A stretch of DNA of 64,000 nucleotides from Octopus vulgaris. Taxonomy: Eukaryota. The notes beneath the pieces are model-generated. The model was not told where the DNA came from, did not search any database, and was given only the letters and a program-made list of their open reading frames with translations. The stretch lies in assembly GCA_951406725.2 (NCBI GenBank), contig OX597817.1, positions 90,706,001-90,770,000 of the forward strand. Direction: 5' to 3'. Positions 27,686 through 40,570 of this stretch are shown one piece after another; position 1 is the stretch's first letter, and each line of letters begins with the position of its first letter. The position numbers were made by a program, and so were the translations under genes.

Positions 27686-27987
27686 CAAACTACTTTGATA
27701 ATATTATTCAGTGTGCTCTTCAATGCTCTGTGAACACTGTAAATGCAGGTTGTCTTCAGTTATACCTCAAGGTAGCCAGCAGTTGCATGAGATCTTGTGA
27801 GTGAGTATATTTTTTTATATGCTAGAGGCAGTGATTAAGAAGTATTTAAATATATAAGCTGCTCCCTTGGATTGTCAACTATTATTAAATTTAAAGAATT
27901 ATTAATTAGAAAAAAATGTTTTAACTATATAAATGTTTTGTTGTGTTGTGTTGAAATTTATTGTAGTTGCTTTGTATTATTGCTTAC

Positions 27988-28137
27988 CTTTTACATGTCT
28001 CACTCATTAGACTGTAGCCATGCTGGGGCCTTGAAGAATTTTAGTTGAATTGACCCCAGTACTTGTTCTATTGGTCTTTTTTCACTGAACTGCTAAGTTA
28101 CAGAGACATAAACACTCCAACACCAGTTGTCAATCAG

Positions 28138-28185
<48 letters not shown>

Positions 28186-28330
28186 TTGACAGGCTTCTTT
28201 CAACTTACAATTTCTGCCAACCAGATCCACTCACAAGGCTTTGGTCAGCCTGAGGCTATAGTAGAAGACACTAAAGTGCCATGCTGTGGGGTTGAACCTG
28301 GAACCATGTGGTTGGGAGGCAAGCTAAACT
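27988..28330 (-). mobile_element. SINE family A copy
   Basis: tccactcacaaggctttggtcagcctgaggctatagtagaagacac...ggaaccatgtggttggga. Confidence 0.8.
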
Positions 28331-29825
28331 AGACCCCTAACATGTCCGCCAATTCATCATTTTTGCTACGTCATTGCAAATTTTGTTTACTAAATTTTGT
28401 TGCTACTGCCAACCACCACTAGACTTATCAGAAGCTGGTTTTATTTCAAATCACTTAATCTTTTATCAATTATCTCCACATTTCATCTTCTGCCATCATT
28501 TCTATTGTTAACAATCTTTGATAAGATCCAGCCAGTTAGTACAGTGCATTTATTTATTCATCGCCTTTTTCTCAATCATTTATTAACCATTCACTCCTAC
28601 TTCATGACATAATCAGACAGATTCTATGTGAAATAGTAGCTAAAAATATCCCTCAAATTACATCTTTCCATTTTAATAAAGAAACAACACACTGGATAAT
28701 GTAACCCTACATGCACACACACACGCACACACACACTAACACACACACACACATGCACACACACACATCTCATCACCAATATCATCAAACTAGAAAACTG
28801 GAATGTAGTGAAATAATTGTATTGTTTTCACACATGCACATCTCATCCCCCATACTGGAGAAAGCCTGCTCTCTTGAGCAAGCATGCAAACACAGGAGAG
28901 AGATCCATCACACAGTGAGTGGCTGGGGTTCTTATTACATCAATCACTGTTCCTCATCTGCCACTCTTTCTCTTGGAAGACATCAAATGCATTCACCTTC
29001 TACCTCTCTACTTTCCAGCTCTGCTGTCTTCCCCAGTCTCACTTTTCTGTCACTACATTCACTCACTGATTCCCCTAATTGCTGCCCTTCTTTCTCTTAC
29101 TGTCTTTTCTCCACATCTTCTCTGCTACCACATCATTCTCTCATCTCTCCCTTTCTTCACATCCTAACACTCACATTTCTCATAAGCTGCAATGACCCTC
29201 TTTCCACAGCCACATCACCCCTCATCACCTGCATCTCTTCCTCTCCCTTCCACATCTTCAGCCCATACTCACCTTCACAACATGGGATAGTAATGGATTC
29301 CTCCAAACAGCACAGCCCATCCTATTACCTTTTCTACTTTATTCTTCTCTTTCTTACAAACCCCTCACATTTTTCGATCCCTTACTCTTTCTTTTTATTC
29401 TCAAATTTTCCAACAGTATCTATTTTGTCACTTTCTCCACTTCTATTCTTGTACATTTATAAACTGCTCTTTTCATTATAATTCACCCACTCATTATTTC
29501 CCCCCAAAGATTCTGCACTCTTTCTCCTATTCTCCTTTCAATTATGGTAATTCTTTTATCTTGCCAGTTACAAGAAGACCTTACAAGTGCTGGTGCTACA
29601 GAAAAAGTACTGCTTCCAATCATGCTTATCCAGCCTTAGAAACAAAACCAAAGTTCAGAAATTGGTGCATGATGCAGTCCTCCTATGGAACTGTCCAAAT
29701 CATGCTAGTATAGAGGGTAGATATGAAATATAAATGAAAACTGGGTGCATTTTATCATGACAATGTTAGTATTAGAGAGGTTGTCACACTTTCAATAGGA
29801 CAAAAGAGGCCTCTCAACCCTGCTG

Positions 29826-30170
29826 GTATGTATGTGGCTGTGTGATAAGAAGCTTGCTTCCCAGCCACATGGTTCCTGGTTCAGTCCCACTGTGTGGTAC
29901 TTTGGGCAAGTGTCTTCTACAATAGCCTCAGACTGACCAAAGCCTTGTGAGTGGATTTGGTAGATGGAAACTGAGAGAAGCCTGTCGTATATATGTATTT
30001 GAGTGTCTGTGTTTGTCCCCCCCACCACCATCTCTTGACAACCGATGTTGGTGTATTTATGTCCCCATAACTTAGCGGTTCAGCAAAAGAGACTACAGTT
30101 TGTTCAACTAAAGGTGGTGCTCCAGCATGGCCACAGTCAAATGACTGAAACAAGTAAAAGAATAAAAAGA
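29826..30170 (+). mobile_element. SINE family A copy
   Basis: gtggctgtgtgataagaagcttgcttcccagccacatggttcctggttcagtccc...gactgaaacaagtaaaag. Confidence 0.88.
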
Positions 30171-30257
30171 ATAAAATAAAAATATATATATATATATAGG
30201 TCGTTAGGTTCATATATCCAAAAAAGAAGCACACTCTAAAACAGAGCTGTAGTATAC

Positions 30258-30448
30258 TTAGAAGGGTGTTTGTTATGCCAGTCAGAGAGTGACCATTGGT
30301 TTCACACCTATAAAGCTATACTAACTGTATAGCTGAGTTGTCAGACTATGTGTTTCTGGCTATCTAAGTCTGAAGTGTCACCCATACAGCTTTATACATG
30401 TGAAACCAATTGTCACTCTCAGCTCAGTCATAACAAACAACTGTCTAA
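30258..30448. mobile_element. Palindromic element related to 3449-3648
   Basis: Arms gtttgttatg..gagagtgaccattggtttcacacctataaagct / agctttatacatgtgaaaccaattgtcactctc..cataacaaac; shares tgacca(a/t)tggtttcaca with the 3449 element. Confidence 0.65.
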
Positions 30449-30599
30449 ATGTGTGTGTGTGTAAAAAAATATGTATATATACACACTTGTGTCTATAAAT
30501 ATATGTTCAGACACAATTATAGCTAAATATTTTGATTCATCTTGCAATCATGATGTCCCAGGTTTGGCTCCTTGTGTTGGCCTATTAGGGAGGGAAATG

Positions 30600-31189
30600 T
30601 CTTTGCTATAGCCTGAGGGGGTGGGGGACGGGGAATAGGGTAGGGGGAAGCTGTGTAGAAGCCAGTTGGGTAGGTTTTCACACTGTGCCACATTGATTCT
30701 GTTAAGGAATTACCTTAAGGCTTGGTAATTGTGTGAAGGAATGCTCATTTGGCTATTTTGAACTCTAATTGAATAAGTAGGTAGTTTAGTTGCTCAAACA
30801 ACTGAACATTCAGAGGCCATTCTCAGTGAAAGACTATCATCATAACAACATCTATTCCTATATATATGTGCGTTCCTGTATGACTGCACCGGTATTGATC
30901 ATTGTCAGCCAATGTAAAGGTAATTTATCAATTCCATATATAATGAAAAAAAAATGAGCATCAGAGTGGCGATGCATACCCTGCATGCAAATAATTAAAA
31001 CACATTTTTTTTGCTTTTAAGTATCACCATTATAGGTATTTATACTCCGGCAAATTAAGAAATCAACTCATAAATAAACAAAACCCTTGAATCCATCACT
31101 GTACACACACATGCACACACTCACACATACGCACATGCACATGCACATGCACACACACACACAGTCACATATCTATGTATTGGGTCACT
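30600..31189 (+). repeat. Left arm (donor) of a ~590-bp inverted duplication
   Basis: Reverse complement of 31863-32461; by eye 2 substitutions, one 1-bp indel and a CA-tract length difference. Confidence 0.95.
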
Positions 31190-33027
31190 CCATAAATAAT
31201 GCGTTTTTTTTAATACCATTTTTATTTATCAAAATTAAGATAAACAAAGTTCTTTTCTAATCCAAAATATACCCACCTTCATTTTCTACAAAGCTCTTCC
31301 ATCTATCTGGAAGACTCACAAAACCCCTCTTCCAAAATTCACTTGTCCATGAGGAAAAATATTCCTCCAGTACTGTTCTGACCTCGTCTACAGAATTCTT
31401 TTTTTTTTTTGTACAAATGATTTTGAAGACTGCAGAATAAATGATAATCAAATGGGGCAATGTCCGATAAATATGGTGGTGGTGGTGGTGGTGGGGGCAT
31501 TTGCTCCAGCCTTTGGAATGTCATCCTCACTGTATGTGGCTGAGCATTATCTTGATGGAAGAACACCTTTTATCTTGAAACCAAAGCTGGTCGTTTTTCT
31601 CCTAGCACTGACTTAAGCTGCTCGCTATAGATCTCCTTTGTAATCGTTTGGTTTGGATAACAAAGTTCAAAGTGGACTAAACGTTTCATATTCCACCAAA
31701 CAGATAATAACATTTTACGTGGGTGAAGACCTTCTTTAACCTAGGGTACCAGTGTTTCTCCTTTCCCTACCCACTATCTTCGGTGTTTGAGATTTTTATA
31801 GAGAACCCATTTCTCATTACTAGTCACTGTTCTGTCCAAAAAAGGTTTATTAGTGAGACATTAGTGACCCAATACATAGATATGTGACTGTGTGTGTGTG
31901 TGTGTGTGTGCATGTGCATGTGCATGTGCGTATGTGTGAGTGTGTGCATGTGTGTGTACAGTGATGGATTCAAGGGTTTTGTTTATTTATGAGTTGATTT
32001 CTTAATTTCGCCGGAGTATAAATACCTATAATAGTGATACTTAAAAGCAAAAAAAATGTGTTTTAATTATTTGCATGCAGGGTATGCATCGCCACTCTGA
32101 TGCTCATTTTTTCTTCATTATATATGGAATTGATAAATTACCTTTACATTGGCTGACAATGATCAATACCGGTGCAGTCATACAGGAACGCACATATATA
32201 TAGGAATAGATGTTGTTATGATGATAGTCTTTCACTGAGAATGGCCTCTGAATGTTCAGTTGTTTGAGCAACTAAACTACCTACTTATTCAATTAGAGTT
32301 CAAAATAGCCAAATGAGCATTCCTTCACACAATTACCAAGCCTTAAGGTAATTCCTTAACAGAATCAATGTGGCACAGTGTGAAAACCTACCCAACTGGC
32401 TTCTACACAGCTTCCCCCTACCCTATTCCCCGTCCCCCACCCCCTCAGGCTATAGCAAAGAAGAGCACACATTCACCCTCTGCATACAATTAGACTTGGA
32501 AAGTTTGTGAGGAACCCATTGACCCAATTTGCTGACTTTTGTGATGGCACACAGATGTCGATGAATGGTTGAATGACTAAATCCAAGCTTCTCTGTTAGT
32601 TCCTCAACAGTTACAATGGGATTTTGTTCCACCAGGATTTGCAGGACATCCTTGCTGGGCTCTGCAGATTTTCCAGGATGAGGCTCATCTTCTAGGCTAT
32701 AGTTTCCGACTTGGAATTTCTGGAACCATCGTTGATACTAGCTTATGCTTATTGTCTAATCCCCATATACTGCATTAATATTCCTCGCACTTCATTGAAC
32801 TCACAAAGCAAAATATAGTGAATATGCTCCTTTTCCGCTTCCATTATAGCTTTAAAAAAGTAACTGTTAAAATTAAACTGCACTCTTCAAAACTTGTACT
32901 TAGAATAAGGACAAGGTAAAATTACTACCTGCTTTTATAACAAGTTGATGCAGGTAGTTTATCCTGTCCGCCTCTGACTTTTATTTCATGCAATTGGAAA
33001 AACTGCATTCTTTATGGGATGGCCCAG
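31180..33027 (-). mobile_element. Mariner (DD34D-type) transposon, pseudogenised and interrupted by the inverted duplication
   Basis: TA + TIR ttgggtcactccataaataatgcgttttt and a degenerate partner ending ~33027; motifs WVPHKL, VTSNEKWV, FHQDNAQPH, YLSDIAPFDYHLF, LPDRWKSFVENEGGY; ~1.25 kb without the insert. Confidence 0.9.
31863..32461 (-). repeat. Right arm (inserted copy) of the inverted duplication
   Basis: Sits between transposase codons ..NVCSSLL and CLTNKPFLDRTVT. Confidence 0.95.
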
Positions 33028-33049
33028 AATGTATTTATTTATGTTTGAA

Positions 33050-33212
33050 GATAATTAGACCAAATTTTCATCATTTGAGCCACTCACCCAATGAGCATTT
33101 CTGTCAAATTTGGTGAAAATCTCTTCAGCCGTTTTCCAGTAATTTTGCAAACACAGACTAACAGAGAAATGATTACAATACTCTGCTTTCACTTATGTGC
33201 ACTGGGTAAAAA
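33050..33212. mobile_element. Helentron-associated (HINE/DINE-1-like) fragment
   Basis: caaatttggtgaaaatctcttcagccgtttt..acacagactaacaga..acaatactctgc...gggtaaaa resembles HINE core and terminal structure. Confidence 0.45.
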
Positions 33213-33285
33213 TCGATAAAAATGTAAGTATCTGACTAAATTAAGTACTGGGGTCAGTATGATTGACTAAAACCCTTGGAAGTAT

Positions 33286-33468
33286 CAGTGGGGTAGCTAG
33301 GGTGTGTGCCACAGGAGGAAACCCCTGAGTGTGCCCTCCAAGGCTCCGCAAGTCTATACTGGTTTATATAAGCAACCCAAAAATGCTGCCCCCTCATAAA
33401 AGCATTGCCTAAAGTGGGCTGGTCTACCATTTGACCTCCGTCCACCTACCCACCCAGCTATACTACAG
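33286..33468. mobile_element. MITE with CAGTGG(C)GTAGCT-type TIRs inserted in a SINE A tail
   Basis: cagtggggtagctaggg ... cccagctatactacag; flanked by the two halves of the SINE A 3' end (aaaaccctt.. / aaggcagtgctccagcat). Confidence 0.5.
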
Positions 33469-33552
33469 AAAGGCAGTGCTCCAGCATAGCTGAAGTCCAA
33501 TAACTGGAACCAAGAAAAGAACAATAAAATAAATGCTTTTCTTTGATATATA

Positions 33553-34809
33553 CAGGGGTTGGACAAAATAATGGAAACACCTTAAAATTTCAAACAAATT
33601 TATTTCAATATGGGATTGGACTGCCTTTGGCAGTAATTACAGCTTGAATTCTATGAGGTATGGACTCATACACAGTTTGAATTGTTTCCAAAGGAATTTT
33701 TGTCCATTCTTCGGCTAAAACAGTCTCCAGTTCTTGCAGTGATGATGGTGGAGGATATCGACTCCTTACTTGTTTTTCTAAAATGCACCATAAATGTTCA
33801 ATAATATTGAGATCCGGGGACTATGGTGGCCAGATAAGATGTTCAACTTCACTAGAATGTTTCTTGTGCAATTCATAACTGTAGCTGTGTGAATTGGAGC
33901 AATATCATCCTGAAAGATTGCATTTCCTTCCGGAAACAGTTCTGCAACCATAGGATGAATTTGATCAAATGAAATGCTTAGATAGTCTTGACTATTAATT
34001 CTGCCATGAAGGGAAACCATTGGGCCGGCGGATTTCCAAAATATAGCACCCCAGATCATCACAGATCCTCCTCCATGCTTAACAGTTGAAAGAAGGTAGT
34101 CTGGGTCAAATGCTTCTTTTGGCTATCTCCACTTGTATACTTGGCTGGTGGTTGGAAATATGTTAAAGGATGACTTGTCTGAGAAAATAACATTCTTCCA
34201 CTACCCTAGGGACCAATTCTGTAGGTTTTTACTCCACTCTAAACACTTTGCAATGTTTGTTTTTGAAAGTAGTGGCTTTCTGATTGCAGCCTTCCCATGA
34301 AATCCAGCTTTGTGCAACTCCTGGTGAACAGTTTTTGTGGAACCTGGGTTCTCAAGGTGGCCAGTAAGCTCTGCAGTAATTTTGGAAGCTGTACTTTTGT
34401 GATCCTTTCTAACAATTCGCATAAGAGTCTGACAGTCCCTATCAGAAAGTTTTGGTTTTCTTCCAGAGTTTTGTTTTGCTGAGTAGGTTTTTCTCTCTTT
34501 TTCAAAGGCTGTCATTGCTTTTGAGACAGTACTTCTTGATACACCAAACATTTCAGCTGTTTTTGTCATGCTAGCACCTGCCATATGAGCACCAACTCTG
34601 AAAGTCCAATAGGTCTGTCATTTTAATGAATTTTAATTACCTTTTCTGATGATATCAGAAAAGAAACAGCAATTTTAGCAAAAGATATTAAGGAACACTA
34701 ATAATAAATCAAAAAACACAAAAATAAAGAAGCTTTTGACGGTTTTATTGATATTTCAAAATTATGATGCTCTGATACTAGGTGTTTCTATTTTTTTGTC
34801 CAACTCCTG
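33553..34809 (-). mobile_element. Full-length Tc1 (DD34E-type) transposon, pseudogenised
   Basis: TA-flanked TIRs caggggttggacaaaataatggaaacacct / aggtgtttctatttttttgtccaactcctg; HTH MAGASMTKTAEMFGVSRSTVS, SGRKPKLS, IFSDKSS, VKHGGGSVMIWG, FQDDIAPIH, SPDLNIIE; 1257 bp. Confidence 0.93.
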
Positions 34810-35045
34810 TATATATTTTGATGGTAAATATCACTTTCCATTTCTTGCCACTAAAAGGCCCAGTTTTGTCATATGATGCAAAGAAAGGAAGGTGGTGAAG
34901 ACAGTAGAACTGACAGTTCTCTGGGAAGCAAAGATCAAAGATGCTTTCCTCAAGAGTGACACAAGCTATGGTGAGCTGGCTGAATTCTGTAAAAACTGTG
35001 GATGAGAGGCAATATGCCTTTATGTTGAGGCAAGTATTCTTTTAT

Positions 35046-35420
35046 CTTTTACTTGTTTCAGCCATTAGACTGTGGCCATGCTGGGGCATCCTCTTGAATA
35101 ATTTTAGTTAAATGAATCAACCCCAGTATTTAATCTTTTTGCTAAACCTGGTACTTATTCTATTGGTCTCTTTAGTCAAATGCTAAGTTATAGGGATGTA
35201 AACACACCAACACAAGTTGTCAAGCAGTGGTAGGAGAGAAAAACAGACACAAAGACTCACACATATATACATATATACAACAGGCTTTTTTCAGTTTTCA
35301 TCTACGAAATCCATTCACAAAGCTTTGGCTGGTCCAAGGCTGTAGTTGAAGACACTTGTTTAAGGTACCACACAGTGGGACTGAACCCTGAACCCAGCTT
35401 CTTACCACACAGTCACACCC
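35046..35420 (-). mobile_element. SINE family A copy
   Basis: Conserved family A motifs. Confidence 0.8.
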
Positions 35421-37228
35421 TAGAGAAATTGTTGGAACCAGGATTCATTCAATACTCAGGTGTTTGGGATTGGCAGTGGAAGAAAAGAAAGATGATGCCA
35501 GAAAATTTCTGAAAACCACTGAGAAAGCAAGCCATTACATCTGGCTCAAGAAAGGAAATGAGTGGTGCAGAAATATTGAGCATTGAAGATAGAAGAAACA
35601 TCTGGCCCAGAGTCACAACATCTAACTCAATAAAGTTTGTGCTGTTGTGTGGAAGTTTTATTGCCTGCATCAGAAGATGGGCCTAGGCTGCTTTAGTGTC
35701 ATGATGGAAGGGACTGAAACACCTACAGAGCTAACATCTACTCCTGTATTTGGAGATGAAGTACTACAGCATGCAAGTATTTGTTTATCCCTGGGTCAGC
35801 CCTTATCCAGCACACCTACAACCAAATCCAGCCATGGCCACAATCCAGTGTGTACTTCCTTTTCTTTAGATACCTGAACATGATATGAAGGTGAATAAGC
35901 TGCTATTTCTAATAATTCTAATAATCACTTAAAGACTTGCTAGTTTTTTTCTAACAAATTTCTGTCATTTAGCCCCAGGCAACCACACTTGAACTGACAT
36001 GATCAACTGCATTCAATCCATGACCATCCTTGCTATTTTTAAGATTATTAATGATTACATTACATAATGCTACCAATGCTGTTTTCCATTTTTTAAAAAG
36101 AGGAGGGTATGATTTAATGGGGATGTGGTTGCTATATCTAGCAACCACATCTTGTTATCGCTGAATCTATTTCAGTCTCTCACCAAAATATGATGTATAA
36201 AAGATACTCTTTAATTCTTTCTGAGAACCAAAACTGAAATAACAAAAAGCCCAAAAATATATAAATAAATAAAAACACTTATTTTCATTTTTGCATTCTT
36301 TTGTATTTTACATTTCTTTTTTGTTCCCAATTTGGATCTTTTTCCTTCAATTAATTACATTTCTTTAGCAGACTCTAGTTCAATATTCAGTAGAAGGCTA
36401 GCCAAATATTTATTAGACAATTCTTCAACAAAATCAGTTCCATGTCCTTTGAGAATTAATGAAGGCGTCATATGTTATCTAGCATCAATCAATTGTATGG
36501 CAAAAATTGTTACTAATTTAACGAACACCTGATGGTATAAATATAACTCATTATCCAATGTTACTTTTCTACAGAATTGTTGAAATAGCATGAGAAAATA
36601 TTAAGGAATTATTATGGAAGCGACGCTTATCTCCTGGCAACAAATACATTTTAAATAACGATTGTTCATTATGTACTGGAAAACAAATATATATATATGT
36701 GAATGTGTGTGTTTGTAAGCATACAAACATACATACATACATACATACATACATACATACATACATACATACTTGTATACATGTGTGTGTGAGTGCACGT
36801 GTATATTTGTGTGTGGGTAAATATATATACACATACAATTATACATATGCACACACCTCAAAATACGAATTTCTGTTTATGTGACAAATGGCTTTCCTGT
36901 GTGGAGTCTATAAAAACAAATAGCACATATTTGAAATCAAAATAATCCTGGGTGTGTTTCTTCGTTATTTTGGCCTGCTGACCTGTAGTGCAAATTCAGG
37001 ACACTCTAATATGTCCTTAGTTCTAATGGCCAACAAAATACAAATTAAGAAGTATAATGCTAAAAGTAGAAGTAAAAGTAGAGAGAGCAAAGGAGCTGGA
37101 AATTAGTTGGAGAATAATGTTTATCCTATTCAGACATTAGATGAAAAGCAGTGAGAATAATTAACATTTTGGAACTTTTTTAATTTCTGCATTAGTTTGG
37201 GATAAGATGTCACTCTCTCTCTTTACTC

Positions 37229-37444
37229 CTTTACTTGTTTCAGTCATTTGACTGTGGCCATGCTGGAGCACCACCTGTAGTTGAGCAAATCGAACCCAGG
37301 ACTTATTCTTTGTAAGCCTGGTACTTATTCTATCAGTCTCTTTTGCCAAACCACTAAGTTACGGGGACGTAAACACACCAGCATCAGTTGTCAAGCGATG
37401 TTGTGGGGACAAACACGGACACACAAACATATACACACAAACAT

Positions 37445-37521
<77 letters not shown>

Positions 37522-37714
37522 TATGTATATACATATATATGTATATACATATATACTGTGGGCTTCTTTCAGTTTCCATCTACCAAATCCACTCACAATG
37601 CTTTGATTGGCCTGCGGCTATAGTAGAAGACACTTGCCCAAGGTGCCACACAGTGGAACTGAACCCGAAACCAAGTGGTTTGTAGGCAAGCTACTTACCA
37701 CACAGCCACTCCTA
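37229..37714 (-). mobile_element. SINE family A copy with expanded internal (TA)n
   Basis: Conserved family A head, body and tail. Confidence 0.88.
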
Positions 37715-38089
37715 CAACAATTTTATTATTGATAAATTTTTTCAGAAGAAATACATGATAGTTTTCTCAAATTGAATCCATTCTTTAAGAAGGTAAATTC
37801 CTTTAAAAAGGAAAATTCAAAAACTTCTTAAATGTCAAATTAGAATTTATGAACAATGAAAATTATAATGTGTGATGACTGTGCTAAGCAGTAATTTGTA
37901 TAATACAAACTTGTAAACTCTGAGGAATATTTGAACCCATCAGAAACCAATCACCGTATTTTGTCATGAAGAAAACTTCTTACTGTAGACTAATTGGTGT
38001 AAATATAATATATAATGAATTTATTGTATACCGTACTTAGGTGCATGAACAATATATAGAATAATACACAGGAAGTGAGTTGCTTAAGA

Positions 38090-38760
38090 AAAGAAAGAAA
38101 GAAAGAAAGAAGGAAAGAAGTGGAGGATCAGATGTAATGTTGGCAAATTTCGGGAAGCATAGAAGTTTTGAAGATTATAGTGTCCCACAGCTAACAACTG
38201 ATGCAGGTAGTTTATTCCATCCTTCAGCAATGTTGAGCATAAAAAAATATTTCTGAAAGCCATGGGTTCTGTGTTGTTTTTTTTTTATTTTATAAGCATG
38301 TCCATGGGTGTTAGACATATGAAATTCAAAAAGGTGCCCAAGGTTGTTGTTGGAAAGATGATGGATAATCTTGTGAGTCTCTACCAAGTCAGTTGCCAGA
38401 TGTTGAAGCTTTAATGTGTTTATGCCTAGAGAAGCAACATGTTTGGATGACAGGTATTTGTCTGGTTGAATGTTTCTTAGTAGTTTCTAAGTGATTGTTA
38501 TGCTGAGCAAGATAGAGGTTCCAGACTGGTGATGTAAACTCCAATTGTGGATATACCATAACCATATATAGCTTTAAATAGATAGCAAGAGAGTGGCTGA
38601 CAAAGGTCATACTGAGTGGTGCTAAGACACCCTCAGCCTTCTTGACAATTTTAGACAATGTTCTTCTTGACAATGTTCTGGTTTGTCCAGAACAAATTGC
38701 AGTTGACAATAATACCCAGGTAGTGATCACTTTCAGAATTCTTAAGATTGGTGTTTTTGA
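38090..38760 (-). pseudogene. Degraded CR1-clade LINE 3' fragment
   Basis: LYMVMVYPQLEFTSPVWNLYL..NHLE, HGHAYKI..FFMLNIAEGWNKLPASVV, typical of the CR1 ORF2 C-terminus. Confidence 0.8.
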
Positions 38761-39339
38761 GTCATCCCACAGACCTCCATAACCAAACTGTGGAAATATC
38801 CTAAGAGAAACCTGTCTCTGATGTCAGTTCACAGCCTCTCTGCCCTTCCAATCTCTGTAACTGAAGAGGAGATAACCACTCTGAAATGCATCCCACAGTC
38901 TGGTTAGGGTTTGTTGTGAGCTGACTCACTGTATTTATACCTATTTGTCTACAGCGAGAAACTTTCTTCACTACAAAATACTTTGAGTGGCTTCTTCCCA
39001 CCTCAAACCCTTCTGTTTCTCATTATCTTTCCCTGACTACGGTCTCCCCCAATCACCTTATTTTTTCTGTGTCTTCTCTCCCCTGCACTGTACCCCATCA
39101 TTATCATATCAATAAATACTGCTTGAACACTGAGGTTAATATAATCGATTTACCCCACCTCTAAAATTGCAAGCCTTGTGCCAAAATTTGAAACCATTAT
39201 TTGTAGCTTTATGTGTACTTCAAGAACCTATTTCAAAAAGAATTATTTCTTGCTCTCTTGAAAGTTTATGAATCTTTATAACATCAACACACCTACATGC
39301 ACACACACACACACACACATTGTTAAGACTTGCACAAAT

Positions 39340-39610
39340 ATCATGCGTCAAATCTGAGACAAAGAGAAAACAAAGAAGCAAAAATACCGTGAGACAGACA
39401 GGTGAAAGCACATGGTTGAAAAGTGTTGATATATAAAATGAAAACACACACAAAACAAAAACACAAAGAAAAAAGTGTTACAATGAAGCTGAATATACTC
39501 CACGAAGAAACAGAAGAGAATCTGACGTTTCAGGAGATACCTTTGTCAAAGAGAAGATAAAAAGCACAGAGAAAGAATTCAAAGGCAGAAGAAAGAGAAA
39601 AAATATCTGT
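39340..39610 (-). mobile_element. Penelope-like terminal remnant with a decayed hammerhead motif
   Basis: Minus strand 39549-39527 reads TTGACAA-AGG-TATCT-CCT-GAAAC, followed by a T-rich tail. Confidence 0.45.
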
Positions 39611-39630
39611 GGGTGCGTGTAAACATATAC

Positions 39631-39666
<36 letters not shown>

Positions 39667-39678
39667 ATGTACACACAC

Positions 39679-39784
<106 letters not shown>

Positions 39785-40358
39785 CATACACACACACATA
39801 AATATATACATATACACAAATACATACACACAAACTTCTACATATTGCTTTTACATTTGGTTTGCAAGATTCTTGAGGTGAATTCGTATGATGAAACGTC
39901 ATTATACTATTAAACACATGCACTGGTTTAATATCACTTCTTTATTGTTAGCCGATCGGTTAAATATCTAACCAACTAACTAATCAGTTATTCGTTTAAT
40001 GTGTGTGTGCATGCATGTGTGTGTGTGTGTGTGTGCGTGTGTGTGTATGTGTGTGTGTACTTGAATATTGTCCTGATACTGGGTTTTAATTTTTATCCAA
40101 AATAATAGAACACTTTCCATTGTTTCCATAATGTTTTATATATATCCATACACATTGTATGTTCTTAAGTTACTCAAATTCCAAGGATCATACTAGTTTT
40201 GACTTTTTCTTTCTTTCTATTGAACTGATCATTACTTTATTCAATTAAACAGTTTCATAATTTATTTTGAACCATATCTATTTTGATGTTGATTGAATAT
40301 ACAACAAAACATCAATGCTCCAGAAGCTTTGGTTCCAAAGCCTTTCAGGATTATTTGA

Positions 40359-40570
40359 CTTCAAATTTTGGCTCAATGCCAGCCATTTTGGGGGAGGAGT
40401 AAATTGGTTAAATCAACCTCAGTGATCAACTGGTACTTATATAATTGAACCCTGAAAAGGATGAAAGGCAAAGTCAGCCTTGGTGGAATTTGAACTCAGA
40501 ATGTGAAGATGGATGAAATGCCACTAAGCATCTTACAAGCATGCTAACAATTTTGCTAACTCACTACCTT
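40359..40570 (-). mobile_element. SINE family B copy
   Basis: Conserved family B motifs. Confidence 0.8.

Noticed and set aside
28711-29481. Longest ORF in the window (256 aa)
   Set aside because: Starts in a (CA)n tract and runs through pyrimidine-rich low-complexity DNA that naturally lacks stops; S/L/H/P-biased with no domain or splice context.
29835-29900. tRNA-like A/B boxes as tRNA genes (many SINE heads)
   Set aside because: No complete cloverleaf; each continues into a SINE body.
36332-36532. Short ORF or possible exon in unique sequence
   Set aside because: No homology recognised, weak splice signals, and length expected by chance.
38760-39100. Possible second GIY-YIG C-terminal remnant (EKPVS.., LQRETFF)
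   Set aside because: Too degraded to support without a profile search.
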